Shown piece after piece: positions 1 to 7,366 of a DNA stretch of 24,999 bases. Both the position numbers and the translations under genes were made by a program. Source of the DNA: Longimicrobiales bacterium (GTDB lineage Bacteria; Gemmatimonadota; Gemmatimonadetes; Longimicrobiales; RSA9); contig JAWVYT010000001.1 of the NCBI GenBank assembly GCA_033722595.1, forward strand, positions 1 to 24,999. Reading direction: 5' to 3'. The notes beneath the pieces are model-generated. The model was not told where the DNA came from, searched no databases, and saw nothing but the letters and a program-made list of their open reading frames with translations. The first letter of the stretch is position 1. Each line of letters opens with the position of its first letter.

Positions 1-452
1 CCGAAGCAGTAGTCGGCCCCGCCGAACGACTCGATCAGCGATGTGGCGGCGCCGGGTTCGTTTGGGTCGGGGAACCGGACGTTGGCCGGGTCGGGCCGAA
101 GCTCCGGGTCCATGGGGTCCACCAGCGACGAGCGGACGAAACGGCGGAAGCTCAGCGGATGGTCCTCCGCGATGTACTCGTCGTTCTCGTCCAGGTACTC
201 ATCCATGCTGATGGTGACCAGCGGCGCGCACGAGACCCGCTCCTCGTTGCACAGGCGAGCCCAGTACCGGTAGTCCAGCGGGCCCACGGGGACGATCATC
301 AGGACCTGTCGGCCGGCTTCGCCGGCGGCCCGGATGGCGTCCACGGCCTCCCGGGCGACCCGGCGGTTCAGGGCGTCCAGATCATTGACCCGGTTGAACC
401 GGAAGGGCCGGAGCCGGCTGAAGTCTTCGAACTCGGTCTCGTAGATATCCAT
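1..452 (-). CDS. Glucosamine-6-phosphate deaminase/isomerase (NagB)-like protein, C-terminus truncated by window edge
   Basis: Not in the ORF track; translated manually from ATG at 452: MDIYETEFEDFSRLRPFRFNRVNDLDALNRRVAREAVDAIRAAGEAGRQVLMIVPVGPLDYRYWARLCNEERVSCAPLVTISMDEYLDENDEYIAEDHPLSFRRFVRSSLVDPMDPELRPDPANVRFPDPNEPGAATSLIESFGGADYCFG. MDEY, HPLSF and IESFGGAD match NagB-family MDEY, HPxSY and IxxxGGID segments. Open to position 1. Confidence 0.75.
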   Translation of the reverse strand, partial: MDIYETEFEDFSRLRPFRFNRVNDLDALNRRVAREAVDAIRAAGEAGRQVLMIVPVGPLDYRYWARLCNEERVSCAPLVTISMDEYLDENDEYIAEDHPLSFRRFVRSSLVDPMDPELRPDPANVRFPDPNEPGAATSLIESFGGADYCF

Positions 453-489
453 CACTGTCTCGGGTTCGGGTAGCTCGTGCAGGGGGCGG

Positions 490-1284
490 TCACAGCTTCA
501 GGAGTCTGGCTGCAGTCCCCCCGTAGATCCGGTCGACGACCGCGGTCGGGAGATCGAGGCGCCGGATGATATCGTCGTGGTACTCCTTGGCCGGGATCAG
601 CTCGTCCAGAGCCAGGATATCGGTGCCGAAGACGACCTTGTCCCAGGCGTTCTCCCAGAAGAAGTGGTACCGATAGAAGTCCAGGTCCTTGTTGGCCCGC
701 CAGCCGCCCCAGGCGGCTCCCGTGAGGTCCACGTAGTAGTTCGGGTGCATCCGGGCCATCATGGACGCCTCCTCGTGCCAGGGCGCGCCCAGGTGGGCGC
801 CCACCACGTTCAGGCCGGGGAACGACCGGAGCACGACGTCCAGGCGGATCGGGCGCATCCAGTCGGCGTTCACCAGCCGTCCCTCGGGCCGGGCCGTACG
901 CATCACGATCCCCGTGTGGGCCAGGAGCGGCAGCCCGGACGCCTCCATCCGGTCGTAAAGCGGGAAGTGGTCGGGGTCGTCGTAGGGACTGACGGGGTTG
1001 GTCACCTTGAAGCCCCGGAACCCCATCTCCACGAACCGGTCCACGTCTTCCGGCACGTCGCTGCCGAGGCGGACGAGGGCGAAGGCGAAGATGCGGTCCG
1101 GATGGGCCGTCGCCGCCTCCAGCACTCGCAGGTTGTCGGCGTGGCCGAACTCCGGACCCGCCGAGAAGAGGCAGATCCGGTCGATCCCGGCCCGGTCCAT
1201 GCGCCGGACAAGCCGCGCGGGGAAGTCCGGCTCGTCGGCCGGGTAGTGTGCGTGGAAATCGATGACCATTTTCGCGCGTTCCAT
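490..1284 (-). CDS. Amidohydrolase family protein (Amidohydro_2-type TIM barrel metalloenzyme)
   Basis: Motifs IDFHAH (HxH), GFRGFK, AHTG, GAHLG, VDLTG, VVFGTD. Start trimmed to ATG 1284, 5 nt after the SSS stop; ATG 1269 is an alternative. Confidence 0.85.
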   Translation of the reverse strand: MERAKMVIDFHAHYPADEPDFPARLVRRMDRAGIDRICLFSAGPEFGHADNLRVLEAATAHPDRIFAFALVRLGSDVPEDVDRFVEMGFRGFKVTNPVSPYDDPDHFPLYDRMEASGLPLLAHTGIVMRTARPEGRLVNADWMRPIRLDVVLRSFPGLNVVGAHLGAPWHEEASMMARMHPNYYVDLTGAAWGGWRANKDLDFYRYHFFWENAWDKVVFGTDILALDELIPAKEYHDDIIRRLDLPTAVVDRIYGGTAARLLKL

Positions 1285-1289
1285 CCTCG

Positions 1290-3116
1290 CTACTCCGCAT
1301 CCACCGGTGGCCGCCGAAGCTCTTCGAGCGCCGTCGGCGGGGCGAACTCCAGTCGCGGCCACAGCCGGGCCAGGACCAGGGCGGCGACGACGGCCAGCGT
1401 GGTCAGCGCCAGTGCCGGCCCCATACGGCCGTACAGCCAGTAGCCCACGGAGAACAGCGTGGAGTATACGGCGATGGCCCCGAGGCCGGCACACACCAGG
1501 CCTATGGGGACGTCCCAGCCGCCGCCCTCCGGCAGGGCGTCTCCCGCTTCCACGGCCCGGGCCCGGACCACGGTCCAGCCCGGTCCGCCCGGCCGGACCT
1601 TCTGGTAGAAGCGTCGGAGCACCCGGTCATCGGAGGGCCGCGTCAGCAGGGTCACCACGAGCCAGGTGGTGGTGGTGAGCACCACCGTGGTCAGCAGGAT
1701 CTGCCAGCTCCGGAGCGGGGCGAACCCCAGCGGCTCGTGGACGAAGTTGAAGTAGACCGCCGTGGTGAGGGCCGTGGCCATGGCAGCGATCTCGCTGAAA
1801 GCGTTGACCCGCCACCAGAACCAGCGAAGCAGGAAGACGAGCCCCGTCCCCGCCCCGATCTGCAGCAGGAGCCGGAAGACCTGGAGCGCGCTCTGCAGCT
1901 GGAGCGCAACGAACCCGGCGAGGAGGACGAAGAGCACCGTCGCGATCCGCCCCACCAGGACCCGCTCCCTTTCATCGGCCTCGGGCCGGTAGAAGCGTCC
2001 GTAGAGGTCGTTGACCACGTACGACGACATGAGGTTGAGCTGCGTGGAGATGGTCGACATGTACGCCGCTGCCAGCGAGGCCACGACGATGCCGAGTAGG
2101 CCCGGCGGCATGAACGTCAGCATGGCAGGGTAGCCGAGGTCGTGACCCGGCGGGGCGGTGGGGAACGCCGCCGCCAGCGACTCGAGGTCCGGGAAGACGA
2201 TGAGCGACGCGAGGGCCACGATGATCCACGGCCAGGGCCGGACGGCGTAATGGACCACCTGGAAGAACAGCGTGGCGCCCATGGCGTGCCGCTCGTCCTT
2301 CGCCGACAGGATCCGCTGGACGATGTAGGCGGCGCCGCCGGGTTCCGACCCGCCGTACCACATGCTCCACCAGAACACGGTGAGGGGGAGCACGAAGATG
2401 GACATGGCCAGGTCCATGTCGTCGAACGAGGGGACCAGGGCCGTCTTGGCCACGACGTTGGCGTGCCCGAGCAGCCCGTCGAGACCACCCACCTGGGGAT
2501 GAGTGAGGGCGACGTACGCCGCGGCCACCGACCCGAAGATGGCGATGCCGAACTGGAACAGGTCGGCCCAGACCACGCCCCGGAGCCCGCCGGACATGCT
2601 GTACAGGGCCGTAATGCCGCCGCCCACCAGGACCACCGTCAACGGCTGCACCCCGATCATGATCCCGGCGATCTTGATGGCCGCCAACGTGATGGCCGCC
2701 TGCGCCAGGATCCCGAACACCAGGACCATGTAGCCCGCTCGGAACGCCCGGAGGAAGGCCGCGGGCTTCCCGCTGTAGCGGAGCTCGTAGAAGGAAATGT
2801 CGGTGAGGAGCCCGCTCCGGCGCCACAGCTTGGCGTACACGAACACCGTCAGCATCCCCGTAAGGAGGAGGGCCCACCACTCCCAGTTCCCGGCCACGCC
2901 GTGCCGCCGAACGATGTCCGTGACCAGATTGGGCGTGTCCGTGGAGAAGGTGGTCGCCACCATGGACGTGCCCAGCAGCCACCACGGCATGTTGCGGCCC
3001 GAGAGGAAAAACTGGGCCGAGTCCTTCCCGGCCTTCCGGCTCGCCAGGATCCCGATGACCAGCGAAAGGGCCATCACGCTCAGGATGATGGCCAGGTCCA
3101 GCGTGGACAGGATCAT
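1290..3116 (-). CDS. Na+:solute symporter (SSS family)
   Basis: 608 aa with many hydrophobic helices; FFLSGRNMPWWLLGTSMVATTFS, GGLRGVVWADLFQF, IVQRILSAKDE and AAYMSTISTQLN are SSS-type segments. Confidence 0.92.
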   Translation of the reverse strand: MILSTLDLAIILSVMALSLVIGILASRKAGKDSAQFFLSGRNMPWWLLGTSMVATTFSTDTPNLVTDIVRRHGVAGNWEWWALLLTGMLTVFVYAKLWRRSGLLTDISFYELRYSGKPAAFLRAFRAGYMVLVFGILAQAAITLAAIKIAGIMIGVQPLTVVLVGGGITALYSMSGGLRGVVWADLFQFGIAIFGSVAAAYVALTHPQVGGLDGLLGHANVVAKTALVPSFDDMDLAMSIFVLPLTVFWWSMWYGGSEPGGAAYIVQRILSAKDERHAMGATLFFQVVHYAVRPWPWIIVALASLIVFPDLESLAAAFPTAPPGHDLGYPAMLTFMPPGLLGIVVASLAAAYMSTISTQLNLMSSYVVNDLYGRFYRPEADERERVLVGRIATVLFVLLAGFVALQLQSALQVFRLLLQIGAGTGLVFLLRWFWWRVNAFSEIAAMATALTTAVYFNFVHEPLGFAPLRSWQILLTTVVLTTTTWLVVTLLTRPSDDRVLRRFYQKVRPGGPGWTVVRARAVEAGDALPEGGGWDVPIGLVCAGLGAIAVYSTLFSVGYWLYGRMGPALALTTLAVVAALVLARLWPRLEFAPPTALEELRRPPVDAE

Positions 3117-3124
3117 CTATGCGG

Positions 3125-3790
3125 CTACGCGCCGGCGTGCGTCTTGTCCCACGCCTCCTGGAAGATCCGTTCTCCCATCGTGGAGTACGGGCTCCTGAAG
3201 CTGTCCTGGTAGACGGCGAAGCCGGCGGTGACGCAATCGGCGCCCGCCCGGGCGGCCTCCCCGATCTGCCATCCGTTCCGGATCGCCGACGCGATGATCT
3301 CGGCGTCGTAGCCGCCGGCGTCGAGCATCTCCCGGACGCCCCGAATCAGCGAGATGCCGGGGTCGCCGTGGGCCTCTCGCCAGCCCAGGAAGGGGCTGAC
3401 GTAGGCGGCGCCCGCCCGAGCAGCGTGCCACGCCTGGGCCACCGAGAAGATGAGCGTGGCGTTGACCCGGATGCCGTCGCCGCTCAGCGTCCGGATGGCC
3501 GCGCACCCGGGCTCGCTCATCCCGATCTTGATAACGAACTGCGGGGAGATGGCCGCCAGCTCCCGGGCCTGCTCCACGATCTGGTCGTGGTCGGTCAGGT
3601 GGGGATTCACCTCCACGCTGATCGGCTTGTCCGTATCCGACAGGATGTCGGCGATCTCACGGATCACCCCCTTGAAACTCTTGCCCGAAGTGAAGACGTG
3701 CTTGGGGTTCGTCGTGATCCCGTTGAGGTCCCACACCTTCAGGGCGTGCCGGATCTCTTCCGTGTTCGCGCTGTCCAGAAACAGTTTCAT
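3125..3790 (-). CDS. sqvA: Small transaldolase (TalC/FSA family), closest in motif pattern to 6-deoxy-6-sulfofructose transaldolase
   Basis: Start ATG 3790 (MKLFLDSA), 221 aa. Catalytic D6, E60 and Schiff-base K88. TTNPKH, ISVEVNPHL, SPFLGW, IRNGWQI and GFAVYQDSF match the SqvA/SftT pattern as recalled, not ordinary TalC (TTNPSL, SPFVGR). Symbol assigned by similarity only. Confidence 0.8.
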   Translation of the reverse strand: MKLFLDSANTEEIRHALKVWDLNGITTNPKHVFTSGKSFKGVIREIADILSDTDKPISVEVNPHLTDHDQIVEQARELAAISPQFVIKIGMSEPGCAAIRTLSGDGIRVNATLIFSVAQAWHAARAGAAYVSPFLGWREAHGDPGISLIRGVREMLDAGGYDAEIIASAIRNGWQIGEAARAGADCVTAGFAVYQDSFRSPYSTMGERIFQEAWDKTHAGA

Positions 3791-3803
3791 TCGTGATTCC
3801 TTG

Positions 3804-5255
3804 CTAGTCGATTCCGCCGAAGGACAGGTGCTTGGTCTCCAGGAAGGCGTCCAGCCCCTCGGCTCCCAGCTCCCGACCCATTCCACTCTGCTTCATCCCG
3901 CCGAACGGGCTCTGGCTCGTCGACGGGACCGCGTCGTTGATCCCCACGGTCCCCGCCTCGAGCGCCTCCCCGACCCGCCATGCCCGGGCCAGGTCCGTGG
4001 TGAAGACGTACGCGGCCAGGCCATACTCCGTGGCGTTGGCCCGCGCCACTACCTCGTCTTCGTCGTCGAAGACCAGGAGGGGCGCGATGGGGGCGAACGT
4101 CTCTTCCACCGTGCACGCATGATCATCGGCCACGCCCTCGAGGACGGTCGGCTCCAGGAAGTAGCCGTCCAGCTCGGCCCGCCCGCCACCGGTGAGGACC
4201 GTGGCGCCCGCAGACACGGCGGCCTCGATGCTGGCCTCAGCGGCCTCCAACGCCCTCTCGTCCACCATGGGTCCGATATCGACCCCCTCGGTGAGCCCGT
4301 TCCCGACCTCGAGGTCCCGGACGCCGGCAACGAAGGCCTCCCGGAACGCGTCGTAGATGCCGCGCTGCACATAGATCCGGTTCGCGGCGATGCACGACTG
4401 ACCCGTGTTCCGGAACTTCGTGATCAGCGTTCCCTCGACGGCCATCTCGAGATCCGCGTCATCGAACACCACGACGGGGGCGTTGCCGCCCAGCTCGAGG
4501 GACAGCTTTGTGATGTCGTCCGCGGCCAGTCGCATGAGCTGGCGACCCACGGATGTGGAGCCCGTGAAGCTCACCTTGCGGCACTCCCGGTGCCCGAACA
4601 TGGCCTCGGCCACCGCCCGTGCGTTCCCCAGGACCAGCTGGAAGACGCCGCGCGGCAGCCCGGCCTCGTGGATGGCTTCGGCCAGGAGTACGGACGACAG
4701 AGGCGTCGCGCTGGCCGGCTTCAGCACCACCGGACACCCGGCGGCCAGGGCGGGGGCCACCTTCCGGACGGCGAGCACCAGCGGGAAGTTCCAAGGCGCG
4801 ATCGCGCCCACCACGCCGACCGGCTGACGGATGATCACGTGCCGCTTCCCGTCGACCTGGTGGGGGATGACCCGGCCGTAGCCCCGTCGGGCCTCCTCGG
4901 CGAACCACTCCAGGTGATCCACCGTCATGCCCACCTCGCCCCGGCTCTGCGCCAGCGGCTTGCCGTTCTCCCGCGTCAGCGTTCGGGCGATCTCGTCGGT
5001 ACGGTCCTCGATCCCCCGGGCGATCCGCCGGAGGTAGCCGCCCCTCTCCTTGCCCGTGAGGCGCCGCCAGCCGGGCCACGCGGCCGCCGCATCATCCAGG
5101 GCGGCGCGCACGCCGCCGGCGTCCACGGTCGCCACCCGACCGATGGTCTCGCCGGTGGCCGGGTCCTGGACGGCCAGGGGGTCGCCGCCCCGGTACCACT
5201 CGCCGTTCAGGTACAGGGGACGGACGCTCTGCGTGGGTGCTGATGTAGCTGACAT
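3804..5255 (-). CDS. NAD-dependent aldehyde dehydrogenase, GabD/succinate-semialdehyde dehydrogenase-like; candidate sulfolactaldehyde dehydrogenase
   Basis: IAPWNFP, VVLKPAS, SFTGSTSVG, LELGGNAP (catalytic Glu), RNTGQSCIA (catalytic Cys), EETFAP, PFGGMKQSG. Family is certain; substrate is inferred from context. Confidence 0.9.
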   Translation of the reverse strand: MSATSAPTQSVRPLYLNGEWYRGGDPLAVQDPATGETIGRVATVDAGGVRAALDDAAAAWPGWRRLTGKERGGYLRRIARGIEDRTDEIARTLTRENGKPLAQSRGEVGMTVDHLEWFAEEARRGYGRVIPHQVDGKRHVIIRQPVGVVGAIAPWNFPLVLAVRKVAPALAAGCPVVLKPASATPLSSVLLAEAIHEAGLPRGVFQLVLGNARAVAEAMFGHRECRKVSFTGSTSVGRQLMRLAADDITKLSLELGGNAPVVVFDDADLEMAVEGTLITKFRNTGQSCIAANRIYVQRGIYDAFREAFVAGVRDLEVGNGLTEGVDIGPMVDERALEAAEASIEAAVSAGATVLTGGGRAELDGYFLEPTVLEGVADDHACTVEETFAPIAPLLVFDDEDEVVARANATEYGLAAYVFTTDLARAWRVGEALEAGTVGINDAVPSTSQSPFGGMKQSGMGRELGAEGLDAFLETKHLSFGGID

Positions 5256-5306
5256 CGGCCTTCGTTGTAAGAGATTGGTTGGCCCGCTGCGGCGGGCGCC
5301 ATCGAA

Positions 5307-6575
5307 TCAGGGGGCCCGGGCCGGGACGTCCAGGTCCTCGGCATGGGTGCCCGCCGAGCCGGAGCGGACCTGCGCCAGGATCGTCTCCTCGTCCTCCGGG
5401 AAGCTCCACGAGAACCCCATCCAGGCTGCCCCGAGCGCGCCCGCGATGCCGCCCAAGCGCCCGTCCTCGAGGTAGGTGGTCTTCAGGATCTGGGGCAGCA
5501 CGTGCTCCCGGAACGTCTCCTCCAGCGCCTGCCGGACCGTGGAGCAGCAGTTCGGGACCTCGCCGGATAGCACGATCTTCTCCGGGGCGAAGAGGTTGGC
5601 GAGGTTCGCCAGGATGGTGCCCAGACGCTCACCCAGCTCCTCGAGGCAGGCATCCAGAAGGTCGTCACCGGCCTGGGCCTCCTCCACCAGGTCGGAGAGC
5701 CGCAGATCTTCACCCTTGTCCAGCAGCCGCTGTCGACTGTCCGTCTTCTGCCACGAACGCAACATGGCCCGGGTCGACTCCACGAACCCCGTCGCCGATA
5801 CCAGGTCGGTGACCAGCTTGGGCCCCCCATCGGTCGGCAGCACCGTGTAGCCCACCTCGCCCGCCAGCGCGTTCGCGCCCCGGTAGACCCTGCCATCGAT
5901 GACGATCCCGAGACCCACGCCCGACCGGACCGCCAGACACAGGAAGTCGCTGTTGCCACGCCCCGCGCCCCGCAGCAGCTCCGCGTAGGCCACCGCACGG
6001 ATGTTGTCCTCCACGAAGACGGGGACGTCCGGACCGAGGGCGGCCTCCATACGCTCCCGGACCGGGACCTGGTCGAAGTCCGGCAGGAGCCGGTAGTGGA
6101 GGATGCGGCCGGAACGCACGTCCACCTGGCCCGGCGCCGCGACACCCACGGCAAAGACTGGCCCATCCGCTTGTTCGACCATTCTCCGGGCCAGCTCCGT
6201 TATCGTCTCGAGCGCTTCCTCCCGGGAAGGGGAGGCCGGCAGCGAGACCTCCTCCTCCTTCAACACACCCCCGCCGAAATCACACAGCACCGCACGGGCC
6301 CGGAGCGCCTCGAAGTCGAGACCCACGAACGTGCCGTAGTCCGGGTTGAGTTGCAGCGGCACCGGCGCACGACCGGGGCGCGACTGCACCGGCTCGCCCT
6401 CCAACAGTATCCCGACGTCGAGGAACTCGTTGACGTATCGGCCGACCATCGTCGCGTTGATGTTCAGGCGCTGCGCAAGCTCGAAGCGGGAGCAGCGCTC
6501 ACTCCTGAACACCTGGTTCAGGATGCCGCGCTTCTTGGCCACCAGCTTCGTTTCTCGAGGTCGAGGATACGCCAT
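5307..6575 (-). CDS. ROK family transcriptional regulator
   Basis: N-terminal HTH (SRFELAQRLNINATMVGRYVNEF), then ROK segments VGLDF, VGVAAPGQVD, GVGLGIVIDGRVYRG and AGEVG. Confidence 0.9.
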   Translation of the reverse strand: MAYPRPRETKLVAKKRGILNQVFRSERCSRFELAQRLNINATMVGRYVNEFLDVGILLEGEPVQSRPGRAPVPLQLNPDYGTFVGLDFEALRARAVLCDFGGGVLKEEEVSLPASPSREEALETITELARRMVEQADGPVFAVGVAAPGQVDVRSGRILHYRLLPDFDQVPVRERMEAALGPDVPVFVEDNIRAVAYAELLRGAGRGNSDFLCLAVRSGVGLGIVIDGRVYRGANALAGEVGYTVLPTDGGPKLVTDLVSATGFVESTRAMLRSWQKTDSRQRLLDKGEDLRLSDLVEEAQAGDDLLDACLEELGERLGTILANLANLFAPEKIVLSGEVPNCCSTVRQALEETFREHVLPQILKTTYLEDGRLGGIAGALGAAWMGFSWSFPEDEETILAQVRSGSAGTHAEDLDVPARAP

Positions 6576-6633
6576 GTCGAAGGGCCTCGCGTCCGGTCAG
6601 TCGTCCCGCCGCAGTCGATGCGGTCCGTGGAGT

Positions 6634-6651
6634 TATTATGAAGTCATAAAT
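6634..6651. promoter_or_regulatory. Candidate ROK operator (site 1)
   Basis: Perfect palindrome TTATGA-AG-TCATAA (6636-6649) overlapping the spacer and -10 of the promoter. Confidence 0.65.
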
Positions 6652-6663
6652 GGATCATGTCAA
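6635..6663 (-). promoter_or_regulatory. sigma70-type promoter for the ROK-ALDH-transaldolase operon
   Basis: Minus strand reads TTGACA (6663-6658), 17 nt spacer, CATAAT (6640-6635). An AT-rich patch in GC-rich DNA, 60 nt upstream of the ROK start. Confidence 0.8.
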
Positions 6664-6702
6664 TCGCGCGTGCGCCCGCGCGTGGAGGAACAGGAGACGG
6701 TA

Positions 6703-7326
6703 TCACTGCCCCCGGTTCCGCCATTCGACCTGGAGCTGTTTCACCTCGGCGACGCCGGGCAGCTCGTGCTTCATCGGAGCCCGGACGTGCTCCACGACCT
6801 CTGCGCCGGGGCGGAGGGTGGCCGGGGCGGGCTGGACGTGGCTGGCGATGCTGGCGGCCTCGACCGTGCCCGGGTCGTTCTCGATAAGGCGGTTGATGCG
6901 GTCGAGGTGCCGGTCGATGCCGGGCACGTGGGGCACCGCGTAGATGGCTGCGATGCGTGCGCCGTCGGCGTTCTCCGAGGTCGCGATCTTGAGGTCGAGG
7001 TACATCTCCCGGAAGTCCTGGCCGAAATAGCGATGGGCGCTGAGGTTGGCCACCACGGCGGTGCCCCAGCCGGTGCCGTGGGTGCTGATGGAGCCGAGTG
7101 ACTCCCATTCGCCGCCGAAATCGAGGTTGGTCCGGAGGAAGACCTCGTGCTCGCCGGCGTCGAGATCGGCTCCATAAATGAAGAGGTCGAATCTGAGGTC
7201 CTCGGGCGCGAAGGTCGGTTCGGGACGGGTGTCCTGGGCGGTGCCCGGGGTCCCGCAGCCGAGGGCCGTTGCGGTGACCAGCAGGAGCGTTGCGAACGTC
7301 CGTGCGAGAGGTTCCGGCGGATGCAT
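6703..7326 (-). CDS. Hypothetical lipoprotein; stand-alone copy of the C-terminal domain of the 10929-12581 protein
   Basis: ATG 7326 preceded by GAGGAAATC; hydrophobic stretch plus lipobox ALGC; 207 aa; visible similarity to the neighbouring protein (RFDLFIYG vs RFDLWIYG). Confidence 0.75.
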   Translation of the reverse strand: MHPPEPLARTFATLLLVTATALGCGTPGTAQDTRPEPTFAPEDLRFDLFIYGADLDAGEHEVFLRTNLDFGGEWESLGSISTHGTGWGTAVVANLSAHRYFGQDFREMYLDLKIATSENADGARIAAIYAVPHVPGIDRHLDRINRLIENDPGTVEAASIASHVQPAPATLRPGAEVVEHVRAPMKHELPGVAEVKQLQVEWRNRGQ

Positions 7327-7366
7327 GATTTCCTCGTTCCTTGGTATCGGTTTCAGGCTGGGGTTC

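Noticed and set aside
3125-3790. Housekeeping transaldolase or fructose-6-phosphate aldolase call
   Set aside because: The phosphate-binding Arg of SPFxGR is Trp, and Glu60/Phe134 argue against FSA. The motifs fit the sulfofructose clade better, though this is untested.
6703-7326. Possibility that the 207-aa paralogue is a pseudogene remnant
   Set aside because: It has its own RBS, signal peptide and lipobox and an uninterrupted frame, and is well diverged from its paralogue.
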